This document shows positions 28,832 through 37,992 of a stretch of 64,000 bases of DNA, in pieces. Both the position numbers and the translations under genes were made by a program. Positions within the stretch are counted from its first letter, which is position 1. Each line of letters begins with the position of its first letter. This DNA comes from a bacterium. GTDB lineage: Bacteria; Cyanobacteriota; Sericytochromatia; S15B-MN24; UBA4093. The DNA lies in assembly GCA_035285805.1 (NCBI GenBank), contig JAYKJE010000010.1, forward strand, positions 103,863 to 167,862, read 5' to 3'. The notes under the pieces were generated by a model. The model saw only the letters and a list, made by a program, of their open reading frames with translations. It had not been told where the DNA came from and did not search any database.

Positions 28832-29949
28832 GAACCCTCGGCCTGGAGATCGGGCTCGCTCGCCTGAAACTCGTGGCGCTCGAACTCGGCCGGGCGGGCC
28901 TGCGGTGGGCTGCGAGCGTGCGGGCCGTCCCGTGCGTCGACGGGGGCGATCAGGGCGAACGCCTCGCCCGGGGAGCGGCCCTCTCGGTGGGCGGCTTCCT
29001 CGGGGAGCTCGGCTGGGGGCGTCCTGACTTGACCGTGCTCGCGAGCACCGCCTCGATGGCCTACCCGACCCTGTCCGCGAGCATCGCGCAGGCCAGGCAA
29101 CTCGCAGCTGCATGCGGCGGTGACGGAGGGCGGTTGCTCGGTATCGATGGATCGCTGCTGCGACCGGACGATCCGGTGCTCGATCGCCCCGGAGCCTGGT
29201 GGAGATGCGTGGCGACCTCTCCCCGGGCCAGTGCTCATGTCGGGTTGCGCTGGCTCGAGGCCCGCCGGGGTCCAGAGCCATCGGGGTGGGTCGTCGATTG
29301 CGGGTCGACCTCCACGGAGGCCACGCGGATCGCCGGGGGTGTCATCGAAGCCGCGGCGATCTCGGATGCCGAGGCCTTCGCGTGGGAGCGCCTCGTCGGC
29401 GAGCGGCTCGTCTGGGTGGGAGCGCTCGCCACCCCCGTCGACACCCTGCTGCGGTACGTGACGATCCGGGGCCGGAACTTGCCCGTGTTTCCGAGGATGG
29501 CCACGACCGAATCCGCCATGACCTGGCTCGACGGCCTCGACCCGGGCCTCGTCGAGGCGGCGACGGGGCGAGCACCTCTGGAGCGCCGGACGGCTGCCCA
29601 CGAGCTGGCGCAGGCCGTGGGGCTCGATCCGGAGGTCCTGGGTGAGGACGGTCTCGAGATGATCGCCCGAGCCACCCTCGACGCCGCGCGCGCCCGGATC
29701 GCCTCGGTCCCGTGGTTCCGGGAGCCGGGCGAGAAGGTGTGGTTCGGACTCGGGACGATCGGGGGCCTCGGAGGCGGGATGGTCCCGGGCCTGGACCCCC
29801 GGCTGACCGTGCTGGCCGCTCCTCTGGGGCTGGCCTGGATGGGCCTGGAAGCACGATGCGCTGAACCTGTCTCGTGGGAGGTCGTTTCGCGGGCCTCAGG
29901 GGGGGCGTCGGACGACCAGCAGCGTGAGATCGTCCGGCGCCTCGCGTGA
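28825..29949 (+). CDS. Hydantoinase A/MfnF-like actin-fold enzyme (divergent)
   Basis: LGLEIG..LK (phosphate-1-like), VDCGSTSTE (phosphate-2-like), ERLVGERLVWVGALATPV. Confidence 0.65.
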   Translation: MLRTLGLEIGLARLKLVALELGRAGLRWAASVRAVPCVDGGDQGERLARGAALSVGGFLGELGWGRPDLTVLASTASMAYPTLSASIAQARQLAAACGGDGGRLLGIDGSLLRPDDPVLDRPGAWWRCVATSPRASAHVGLRWLEARRGPEPSGWVVDCGSTSTEATRIAGGVIEAAAISDAEAFAWERLVGERLVWVGALATPVDTLLRYVTIRGRNLPVFPRMATTESAMTWLDGLDPGLVEAATGRAPLERRTAAHELAQAVGLDPEVLGEDGLEMIARATLDAARARIASVPWFREPGEKVWFGLGTIGGLGGGMVPGLDPRLTVLAAPLGLAWMGLEARCAEPVSWEVVSRASGGASDDQQREIVRRLA

Positions 29950-32235
29950 GCCCTGGAAGTCCTCGATGCGTTTCAGGATCTGCATCAGCAGGAGCGAGGC
30001 CGGCGCCGGGGGGAGTTCGGCCATCATGGCCGCGATCGCCCCTTCTCCGAAGGGGCGATCCTCGCCATCCCGGGCATCCTCCAGCCCATCGCTGAACAGC
30101 AGCAAGGGCTCCCCGGGAGCCAGGTTTGCCCGGGTCGCCGAATAGCGGGCCCCGGGGAAGACCCCCAGGGCAGGACCGCGCGCCGGGATGGGCCCTGCCG
30201 GGGTGCGCGGTGCGGGGTGTCCTGCCGAGGCCACTTCCGCGCCACCCGTGTCGGGATCCAGGCGAGCCACCACCGCCGTCACGAACAGGCGAGCCGAGGG
30301 CCGGTGCCGACACAGATCCTCGTTCATGGCATCGAGCACTCCGGCAGCCCCGTGGCCCGACCGGGCCAGGCGGCGGAACAGCACCACGGCGATCGCCATG
30401 ACCAGGGCGGCGGGGACGCCCTTCCCTGCCACGTCACCCACGATCACCATCGTCGTCCCATCTTCCCGGACGATCGCATCGTGAAAATCGCCGCCCACCT
30501 CCAGAGCGCTGCGGGTGATGGCTGCCAGTTCCAGGCCTGGCACGTCCGGCAGGGCCCGGGGTAGGAGCCCCGCCTGCACGTCCCGGGCGATCGCCAGTTC
30601 CTGTCTCAGGCGAGCCTGATCGGCCAGTTCGCCCACGAGTCGAGCATTCTGGACCCGCAAACTCCACAGGGATCCCAGCTGCCGGATGAGGCTCTGCTCT
30701 CTCGGTTCGTAGGGAAGATCGCTGCGACGAGGTCCGAGCAGGACCGTTCCCTCGACCGGGGATCCGGCAGCCAGCCGGACTTCCAGCGTTTCCTCGTCCT
30801 GTCCGGGCTTGAGCCGAGCACCGACTCCGTCCCGGGGGGGGCAAGGGAACTCTCCCCTCCGGGCCAGGACCTGATCGGTCGCATCCGATAGCACGCACCA
30901 CCGCGGTGCCAGAACGTCCTCGAGCCTCCGGAGCAGGGCCTCGTGCAGGGACCCGGGTTGCCACAGCCTCCGGGTGTCCTCCTCGAACCGGGCAACCACG
31001 GCGTCCGGGTCATAGGGACTGCGGTCGAACCAGCGCTCGATCACGGCCTGCACGCGGCGGCGCAGGGGTTCGAACATGCCGACCAGGATGACCGTCGCGA
31101 CGAGGCCGGAGCGAGCAGTTCCGAACCGTGCCCCCGCCCACGACGTGACGATCGCGTGGATGGCGGCCAGGGCCGCCGTGACGAGCGCATAACCGAGCGT
31201 GCGCCGCAGCAGTCTCCGGATCCCGAACAGCTGATGCCGCACGATGGTGGCTGCCACGGTCGCGGGGAACACGACGAACGCGAGATAGGTCAGCTCCCCG
31301 TAAGGGACCGTGGTGCCCGCCAGGGCGAGCGAGTTGACGGCGATCGGGGGGACGTAAGCCGCCAGGGCTCCGATACCGATCCATTTCCCCTGGGCACGCT
31401 CGCCCGGAGCACTCGTCCGGCTCACCATCGCGCAGGTCGCCGTCAGAGGGATGAGCAGCGTGGCCACCTCGGAGGTCAGCGTGAGCCAGGTGAATCCCGC
31501 TGGCCAGGCTGCCGGATGCTCGAACGACCAGGCCACGAATACCGCGAGCGCGAAGGCGCCCCCCCAGACGGCTCGTTCGAGGCCTCCTTGCATCCAGTTC
31601 CACCGACGTGGCACGCGGGCGGCCAGTGCCCAGGCGCTCGCCGCCAGCAGGGAGAAGGCCAGGTTATGCGGGAACCGGCTGAAGACGCAGGTCGAGATGC
31701 TGTCGAAGTTGGTCAGGAAGAAGGTGCCGTACGTCGTGCAGAAGACCAGATGGGCCCGCGCCGTCGCATCCCCCGGTCGCTTCCACGAGACGAGGATCCC
31801 CAGCAGCAGGTGTCCGACGCCCACGCACCAGAACGCCAGGAAATACGCGCACCAGTCCAGGGTGCCGAATCGCTGGGATCGGACCGTGATCGGGGGCCCT
31901 GGTGCCTTCCCCGTCCGTTGGACCGTCACCCGGAGGGGGATCCCGGGCTGCACGGACCTCACGCGTTCGGTGATCTCGCGGGCATCGTGCACGGGGTGCC
32001 CATCGAGGGCGATGACCCGGTCGAGCTGTCGCAGCCGGTCCTGCCCCTGGAACCCGCTCCAGCGATACGAGGCCAGCGAATCGACGTGGGCATTGGCGAG
32101 GACGACGAAGCCGGGAAACGTCCGTCCGTACCAGCCCAGCGCGAGGAAGAGGGTCACGATGGCGAGCCCCGTTCCCCATGCGCCTGCCAGGACACAGAGC
32201 CATCGATCGTCCGGTGAGGAGACACGTCTTGACAT
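29896..32235 (-). CDS. Membrane sensor phosphatase: PDZ + multi-TM + degenerate GAF + SpoIIE/PP2C (RsbU-like)
   Basis: DRVIALDG PDZ-like segment, many TM helices, ELAIARDVQ, VGGDF, GDVAGKG, SAGHP, FSDGL, DDLT. Confidence 0.88.
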   Translation of the reverse strand: MSRRVSSPDDRWLCVLAGAWGTGLAIVTLFLALGWYGRTFPGFVVLANAHVDSLASYRWSGFQGQDRLRQLDRVIALDGHPVHDAREITERVRSVQPGIPLRVTVQRTGKAPGPPITVRSQRFGTLDWCAYFLAFWCVGVGHLLLGILVSWKRPGDATARAHLVFCTTYGTFFLTNFDSISTCVFSRFPHNLAFSLLAASAWALAARVPRRWNWMQGGLERAVWGGAFALAVFVAWSFEHPAAWPAGFTWLTLTSEVATLLIPLTATCAMVSRTSAPGERAQGKWIGIGALAAYVPPIAVNSLALAGTTVPYGELTYLAFVVFPATVAATIVRHQLFGIRRLLRRTLGYALVTAALAAIHAIVTSWAGARFGTARSGLVATVILVGMFEPLRRRVQAVIERWFDRSPYDPDAVVARFEEDTRRLWQPGSLHEALLRRLEDVLAPRWCVLSDATDQVLARRGEFPCPPRDGVGARLKPGQDEETLEVRLAAGSPVEGTVLLGPRRSDLPYEPREQSLIRQLGSLWSLRVQNARLVGELADQARLRQELAIARDVQAGLLPRALPDVPGLELAAITRSALEVGGDFHDAIVREDGTTMVIVGDVAGKGVPAALVMAIAVVLFRRLARSGHGAAGVLDAMNEDLCRHRPSARLFVTAVVARLDPDTGGAEVASAGHPAPRTPAGPIPARGPALGVFPGARYSATRANLAPGEPLLLFSDGLEDARDGEDRPFGEGAIAAMMAELPPAPASLLLMQILKRIEDFQGSREAPDDLTLLVVRRPP

Positions 32236-32381
32236 GGTGTCTGATGGTGCTCCCCGTGCTTTTCGGGAACGTGAAGCCCGTCTTGCCGGCACGTGTCGGC
32301 GAAACGTCCCGTCACGGGACGTTCATCCCGTCGACATCCCGGTTTCAGGGTGCCGTCACGCCCGCAGGGTACGGGTTGCTC

Positions 32382-33488
32382 ATGGCTCGAATACATGAAC
32401 GGAATGCGGTCCTGTCCCTCGGCCGGCGGCTCCGGTCCGAACTGGCCAGGGGGCTTCCTGCGGCCTGGGATCTCGGCCAGCCGTCCGCGCCACGTCTCGG
32501 CGCACCCTTCGCGATCGGCTGGGTGCTGGAGGCGCTGGATCCCCCGCGTACTCGCCTGGAGGTCCGGCTCGGCAAGCGAGCCCGCCAGGTCTGGATGGCC
32601 TGGGGACGGGCTGCAGGCTGGACCTATGACCCGCTCGACTCCGACCTGGGGGAAGATGCGGACGATCTCGCCATGGTCCTGCGCCTGCTCGGCAGACGGG
32701 CCTTGCGGGCCATCCCCGGGGAAGAGGACCGCCTCCGGGCGTTGCTGACGCTCAACCGGCTGGAGCCCGGTAGGTACCGGACCTGGCTCGTCCCCTCGCG
32801 CGAGGAGATGGGGGCGACGGACCGGCGCAGATACTCGGGGGATCGCCCCGACCATGACGAGGTCGTCGCGAACCTGCTCGAGGCCATGCTGTGCTTCGCC
32901 CCGGTCCAGGCGCGGCGCGAGGTCGAAGCAGGAGCCGAGCACCTGATCACCAGGCTCCAGGACGGGCTGCTGGCTTCGGCCTGGTACCCTGGCTGGGGAT
33001 ACGGCACGTGGCGCCTCCTGGAGCTCACGAGCCGCCTTGCACGGGGCGACAGGGTCTGGACTGCCAGACACCGGCATGTCGCCCTCGGGGCCGTTCGCGC
33101 CATCGCGCGCCTCCCCCGGAGGGGGGGGCTCTGGCTGGCCGGGCCGGCACCCGGGGTGCTCGCCCGGCATGGTGAGCCGGGCGGATGGCCATGCGACCGT
33201 CCCAGCGTCCACGAGACGGCCTGGGTCCTCGGATGCCTGTCCCGGGCACCTGCGACCCGGGCGGTGCTCGCCCTCGAGGCCGCCGGGCGACGGGCCCTGC
33301 TCGATTCGCTCCGGAAGGGGCTCGTGTCTGAGCCCGCCTGGGTGACGGACGGTCCGGCCTGTCACGCGGCGCGTGACCTGACCCTGGCCGTCGTGTGGCG
33401 GGCCCTGGTTCCCGGGACGGACGAGGGATGCCGGATCGGGCCCCCATCCCGTACCATGGGTAGGCGATCGCGAAAGGAACACGTGTGA
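32382..33488 (+). CDS. Prenyltransferase/class II terpene-cyclase-like protein
   Basis: DADDLAMVLRLL (DxDD), EVVANLL, QDG..ASAWY...YGT, GGW....SVHETAWVL, which resemble QW/prenyltransferase repeats; start uncertain. Confidence 0.5.
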   Translation: MARIHERNAVLSLGRRLRSELARGLPAAWDLGQPSAPRLGAPFAIGWVLEALDPPRTRLEVRLGKRARQVWMAWGRAAGWTYDPLDSDLGEDADDLAMVLRLLGRRALRAIPGEEDRLRALLTLNRLEPGRYRTWLVPSREEMGATDRRRYSGDRPDHDEVVANLLEAMLCFAPVQARREVEAGAEHLITRLQDGLLASAWYPGWGYGTWRLLELTSRLARGDRVWTARHRHVALGAVRAIARLPRRGGLWLAGPAPGVLARHGEPGGWPCDRPSVHETAWVLGCLSRAPATRAVLALEAAGRRALLDSLRKGLVSEPAWVTDGPACHAARDLTLAVVWRALVPGTDEGCRIGPPSRTMGRRSRKEHV

Positions 33489-33844
33489 GCGACTGGCAGC
33501 CACCCTCGATCGAGCAGCAGGAAGATATCGCCGTCGTCCGGCTTTCGGGGGCACTCGACGCGCAGACCTCGCCCGAACTCGAGGCGCTCCTTGACGGGCT
33601 CCGGGCCCGGGGGCAGCAACACGTGGTGCTGGACCTTGCACGGGTCGGGATGGTCACCTCGGCAGGCTTCGGGGTCTTCCTCGGTGCCCTCGGTGCCTTT
33701 CTGGAAGCAGGCGGGGGCCTCGGACTCGCTGCGATGCCACCCGGGGTCGTGAGGGTTTTCGATCTGCTCGGCTTCAGGCCTCTTTTTCCGGTCGGGGCCA
33801 CCGTGGACGAGGCCCGGTCTCAGCTCCGGGAGGGCATGACATGA
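33485..33844 (+). CDS. STAS-domain anti-sigma-factor antagonist
   Basis: LSGALDAQTSP, VVLDLARVGMVTSAGFGV (phosphoacceptor Ser), VVRVFDLLG. Confidence 0.9.
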   Translation: MSDWQPPSIEQQEDIAVVRLSGALDAQTSPELEALLDGLRARGQQHVVLDLARVGMVTSAGFGVFLGALGAFLEAGGGLGLAAMPPGVVRVFDLLGFRPLFPVGATVDEARSQLREGMT

Positions 33845-34608
33845 CGGTCATCGAGAGCACACAGAACCCGGTCGTCCGGCAGGTCCGGAACTTGCACCGC
33901 CGCAAGGGACGCCTCGAGGCGGGAGCTTTCCTGATCGAGACCCGGAGGCTGTTCGAAGATGCGTGCGCGGCCGACTGGCCGCTCGAGCGGGTCTTCGCGA
34001 CTGCTGCCTTTCACGAGCGCCACGAGTTCCCCCGGACGGTGGCGGTGACTCCCGTTCACGAGCGTGTCCTGGCGGCGATGTCCACGGTCGAGACTCCCGA
34101 GGGTCTCCTGGCGATCGCCCGCATCCCGGCTGCACCGCCCGCCCTGCGGATGGGACCTTCCCGGGCCTGGGTGGCCCTCGAGGGTATCCAGGATCCCGGG
34201 AATCTCGGGACGATCTGGCGGTCTGCAGACGCGGCCGGTGTCGATGGCCTGTTGCTCGGACCCGGTACGGTCGATCCCTGGAGTCCCAAGGTCGTCCGGG
34301 CCACCATGGGGGCCTGCTTCCGCGTGCCCGTCCGGGTCGCGGGGGACTGGCTCGCCGACCTGGACGAACTGGGGCGCTCGGCCGATCGGGTGGCGACGAC
34401 CCTCGATGGCTCGGAAGCTCTGCCCGAGGTGGATCTCCGCGGACCGGTCGTGTGGCTCGTGGGCAACGAGGGGGCAGGACTGTCGGATGCGACCATCGTT
34501 CGCGCCACGCGCCGGGTTCACATCCCGATGCGGCCCGGCCCGGAATCGCTCAATGCCGCGATGGCGACGACGATCTGTCTCTACGAAATGCTGCGCCAGC
34601 GCCGCTGA
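33841..34608 (+). CDS. TrmH/SpoU-family RNA methyltransferase
   Basis: QDPGNLGTIWRSA, GNEGAG, IPM...ESLN. Confidence 0.92.
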   Translation: MTVIESTQNPVVRQVRNLHRRKGRLEAGAFLIETRRLFEDACAADWPLERVFATAAFHERHEFPRTVAVTPVHERVLAAMSTVETPEGLLAIARIPAAPPALRMGPSRAWVALEGIQDPGNLGTIWRSADAAGVDGLLLGPGTVDPWSPKVVRATMGACFRVPVRVAGDWLADLDELGRSADRVATTLDGSEALPEVDLRGPVVWLVGNEGAGLSDATIVRATRRVHIPMRPGPESLNAAMATTICLYEMLRQRR

Positions 34609-34621
34609 CACCCGGGACGGT

Positions 34622-35125
34622 TCACCGGAAGGTCCACCGGGACAGTTCTTCGCGGACAAGCCTGGCCACGACCGAATCCGGATACCGGCCTTCGAGCTCA
34701 CGCAATGCCGACCTGCTCTCGAGGCACTGGATGTGGGTCAGGCTAGCCATTACTTCCCGCAGCACCATGTAGCTGGTCTCGAGCTTGCTGTGCTGGATGA
34801 GGCCCACCAGAGCCTCGCGCGAACGGATCTGACCCAGGGCGTGGGCCAGTTCGGCCCGGACCCGGTGCATCGGGGAACTGCTCATGGCATGCACCAGGTT
34901 GGGCGCCACGACAGCCCCCTCTTGAATGAGGGTCTGGAGAATTTCCTTGCGGCGGGAGCGTGTCGCGAGGCCGGTCGACTGGTCGCGCGCCCACAGCACG
35001 TAGGCCTGACTCTCGGTCGGCAGCACGCGCGAGACGGCCGGGCCCCCGTCCGGGGTGTCATGACGCTCGCACAGGGCCTGGAGCTCCTTGAGCAGCTCTC
35101 TGACCTTGACCACGGATCTCTCCAT
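34622..35125 (-). CDS. HEAT-repeat protein
   Basis: VRAELAHALGQIRSREALVGL and VLREVMASL HEAT-like units; start uncertain. Confidence 0.65.
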   Translation of the reverse strand: MERSVVKVRELLKELQALCERHDTPDGGPAVSRVLPTESQAYVLWARDQSTGLATRSRRKEILQTLIQEGAVVAPNLVHAMSSSPMHRVRAELAHALGQIRSREALVGLIQHSKLETSYMVLREVMASLTHIQCLESRSALRELEGRYPDSVVARLVREELSRWTFR

Positions 35126-35204
35126 CGAGCCGAGAGGGGGACTTCCCGAGCGCATCATACCCGCTCGGAACGGGGATGATAGCTGCCACGTGTGTCCACG
35201 AAGA

Positions 35205-37859
35205 TCAGGACCAGCGTTTGACCTGTCCCTCGAGCACCGCACGCTGGTGGCCGAGTTCGTCCTGTCGGGACCTCAGCTTGGCCACCACGGCATCCGGTGC
35301 CTTGGCGAGGAACGCCTCGTTCGAGAGCTGACCGACGAGCCGGACCGCCTCCTTGTCGAGGCCCTCCAGCTCTTTCTGCAACCGCTTCAGCTCCTTTTCG
35401 CGGTCGAGCAGACCCGCCAGAGGGAGCCAGAGCTGGCAGTCGCCGACGACCCCCGAGGCTGCCAGCGCGAGGTCCACCGGGCCCGTGACGACGTCGACCT
35501 GCTCGCTCCTCGTGAGCGTCGCCACCAGCGCTTTGACGCCTTCCAGCAGACCTGCAGCAGCGCCAGCGGCCTGGATGACCAGCCGCTCGGCTTTCTTTCC
35601 GGCCGGCACCCCGAGCTCGGCGCGCATGTTGCGGACCGTCCGTACGACGTCCATGAGCAGCTCCACCTCGGCCGTGGCCCGGGCATCCGCCCGTTCCGGA
35701 TGGGCCAGGGGCCACCCCGCATGGAGCAGGGTTTCGCGGACGGGTACGAGCCCCTGCTGGACAAGCTGGGCGTGGATCTCTTCGGTGAGGAACGGCATGA
35801 AGGGGTGCAGGAGACGCAGTACGCCGTATAGCACCTCCCGAAGTACGGCCCGGACGGACGGATCGCCAGCCTGCATGCGCGGCTTGGCCATCTCGATGTA
35901 CCAGTCGCAGAACTCGTTCCAGGTGAAGTGGTACAGCGCCTGGGTTGCCTCGGCGAGGTGGTAACCGTCGATCGCCTGGGTGACGGTCTCGCGCGTCGCC
36001 TCGAGGCGCGAGAGGATCCAGCGATCGATGGTCTCGAGATCGTCCGGAAGCTCACCCGGGTCCGAGGGCAGGTTCAAGAGCACGAAGCGAGAGGCGTTCC
36101 AGAGCTTGTTGGCGAAGTTCCGGCCGGCCTCGAGCTTGTCCTCGACGTAGCGGACGTCCTGGCCGCTCGTGCCCGCGCCGGCGAACCAGAACCTGCAGGC
36201 GTCCGTGCCATACTTTTCCATGATGTCGAGGGGGTCGACGCCCGTCCCCTTCGACTTGCTCATGCGCTGCCCCTTCGCATCGAGGATCGTCGCGTGGATG
36301 ACGACGTCCCGGAAGGGTTCCTGACCCACGAAGTTCTCGCCCATGAACACCATGCGGGCGACCCACAGGTACAGGATGTCCCGGGCCGTCGAGAGCACGG
36401 CCGTCGGGTAGAACCGCTCGAGCTCCGGGGTGCGGTCGGGCCAGCCGAGCGTGGCGAAGGGCCACATGGCACTCGAGAACCAGGTGTCGAGCACGTCGGG
36501 ATCCTGGATCGTGGCCTTGCCGCACGTCGGGCAGGTGTCGAGGTCGGTCTCCGAGGCGTGGACGTGCCCGTCCTCGCAGGTCCAGACCGGGATCCGGTGT
36601 CCCCACCAGAGCTGGCGGCTCACGCACCAGTCCCGCAGGTTGTGCAGCCAGTCGAGGTACACGGATTCCCAGCGCTCCGGGTGAAAGCGCACGCGCTTTT
36701 CCTCGGTGGCGTGGATGGCCCTGGCGGCCAGTTGCTTCATCGAGACGAACCACTGTTCCGAGAGTCGCGGCTCCACGACGGTCTGGCAGCGATCGCACTG
36801 GGACACGTTGTGGCGGTAGGGCTCACACGTGATGAGCAGGTTCAGCCTCTCGAGTTCCTGGCGGGCGCGCTTGCGGGCCTCGAAGCGTTCGAGCCCGGTC
36901 CAGCCCGGACCCGCAGCCTCGTTCATGAGACCGTCCGCCGCGATGACCTCGATGGCCTCGAGACCGTGGCGCTGGCCGATCTCGGCGTCCGTCGCGTCGT
37001 GCGCCGGTGTGACCTTGAGGGCCCCCGTTCCGAAGCCAACCTCGACGGCCTCGTCGGCGATCACCGGCACGGTTCGGTCCGTCATGGGCACCCGGACGTG
37101 CTTGCCGACCATGCCCTCGAAGCGTTCATCTGCGGGGTTCACCGCGATGGCGACGTCACCCAGGATGGTCTCGGGTCGCACCGTGGCGACCATCAGATCC
37201 CCCGTGCCGTCCGCCAGGGGGTAACGCACGTGATAGAGGGTTCCCTCGGTCTCGACGTGGTTGACCTCGAGGTCCGAGAGGCTCGTCAGGCAGCGCGGAC
37301 ACCAGTTGATGATGCGCTTGCCGCGATAGATGTGCCCCCGTTCATGAAGGGCGACGAAGGCCTTGCGGACCGCGCGGCTGTAGCCCTCATCCATCGTGAA
37401 GCGCCAGCGCGAGACATCCAGCGAGGCACCGAGGCGGCGGAACTGGGCCAGGATGGTGTTGCCGTAGTGCTCCTTCCAGGCCCAGACTTCCTGGAGGAAG
37501 GCTTCGCGACCCAGGTCGTGGCGGGTAAGGCCCTTTTCTTGCCGGAGCTTGCGCTCGACGACATTCTGGGTGGCGATACCGGCGTGGTCGGTTCCGCCCT
37601 GCCACAGCACGGCGTAGCCCTGCATGCGGCGAGTCCGGCAAAGGACGTCCTGGATGGTGCCATTGGTGGCATGCCCGAGGTGCAGGGATCCCGTCACGTT
37701 CGGGGGGGGCAGGACGACCGCGAACGGGGGCCGGGACGGGTCGAGTTCGGCCCGGAAGGCATCGAGCGTCTCCCACCGGTCGATCCACCGGGCCTCGACG
37801 TCGGCAGGCACGTACGCGGGGGGCATGGAGGTGGGCGGCGTGGCGGTCGTCGTGTCCAT
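35205..37859 (-). CDS. valS: Valine--tRNA ligase
   Basis: PPPNVTGSLHLGH, DWCVSRQLWWGH, DVLDTWFSS, RMSKSKG, C-terminal coiled coil. Confidence 0.98.
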   Translation of the reverse strand: MDTTTATPPTSMPPAYVPADVEARWIDRWETLDAFRAELDPSRPPFAVVLPPPNVTGSLHLGHATNGTIQDVLCRTRRMQGYAVLWQGGTDHAGIATQNVVERKLRQEKGLTRHDLGREAFLQEVWAWKEHYGNTILAQFRRLGASLDVSRWRFTMDEGYSRAVRKAFVALHERGHIYRGKRIINWCPRCLTSLSDLEVNHVETEGTLYHVRYPLADGTGDLMVATVRPETILGDVAIAVNPADERFEGMVGKHVRVPMTDRTVPVIADEAVEVGFGTGALKVTPAHDATDAEIGQRHGLEAIEVIAADGLMNEAAGPGWTGLERFEARKRARQELERLNLLITCEPYRHNVSQCDRCQTVVEPRLSEQWFVSMKQLAARAIHATEEKRVRFHPERWESVYLDWLHNLRDWCVSRQLWWGHRIPVWTCEDGHVHASETDLDTCPTCGKATIQDPDVLDTWFSSAMWPFATLGWPDRTPELERFYPTAVLSTARDILYLWVARMVFMGENFVGQEPFRDVVIHATILDAKGQRMSKSKGTGVDPLDIMEKYGTDACRFWFAGAGTSGQDVRYVEDKLEAGRNFANKLWNASRFVLLNLPSDPGELPDDLETIDRWILSRLEATRETVTQAIDGYHLAEATQALYHFTWNEFCDWYIEMAKPRMQAGDPSVRAVLREVLYGVLRLLHPFMPFLTEEIHAQLVQQGLVPVRETLLHAGWPLAHPERADARATAEVELLMDVVRTVRNMRAELGVPAGKKAERLVIQAAGAAAGLLEGVKALVATLTRSEQVDVVTGPVDLALAASGVVGDCQLWLPLAGLLDREKELKRLQKELEGLDKEAVRLVGQLSNEAFLAKAPDAVVAKLRSRQDELGHQRAVLEGQVKRWS

Positions 37860-37895
37860 CGAGAACTCCCGGAAAGGCAGGGCCAGTCGGGACCC

Positions 37896-37904
37896 ATTTT
37901 ACCA
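37896..37904 (-). promoter_or_regulatory. Extended -10 element upstream of valS
   Basis: Minus strand TGGTAAAAT about 37 nt before ATG. Confidence 0.45.
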
Positions 37905-37941
37905 CGGGTGCTGCGGGGTCCCCCCGGGTCGTTCGCGCGGG

Positions 37942-37971
37942 AGGGCCCCCCGGCTGATGCCGGGGGGCCCT
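37942..37971 (-). terminator. Hairpin downstream of flagellin 1
   Basis: AGGGCCCCCCGGC-TGAT-GCCGGGGGGCCCT perfect 13-bp stem; no U-tract. Confidence 0.6.
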
Positions 37972-37992
37972 ATTGCGGGTGAGAAGCCGGGC

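Noticed and set aside
28423-29601. Long N-terminal extension of the S8 peptidase (840-aa ORF)
   Set aside because: R/P/G-rich nonsense overlapping real plus-strand genes; a start with RBS and lipobox exists at 28422
35928-37982. 684-aa plus-strand ORF
   Set aside because: Antisense shadow of valS
37860-37992. T-box riboswitch upstream of valS
   Set aside because: The intergenic region is too short and has no T-box consensus; the hairpin is better explained as the flagellin terminator
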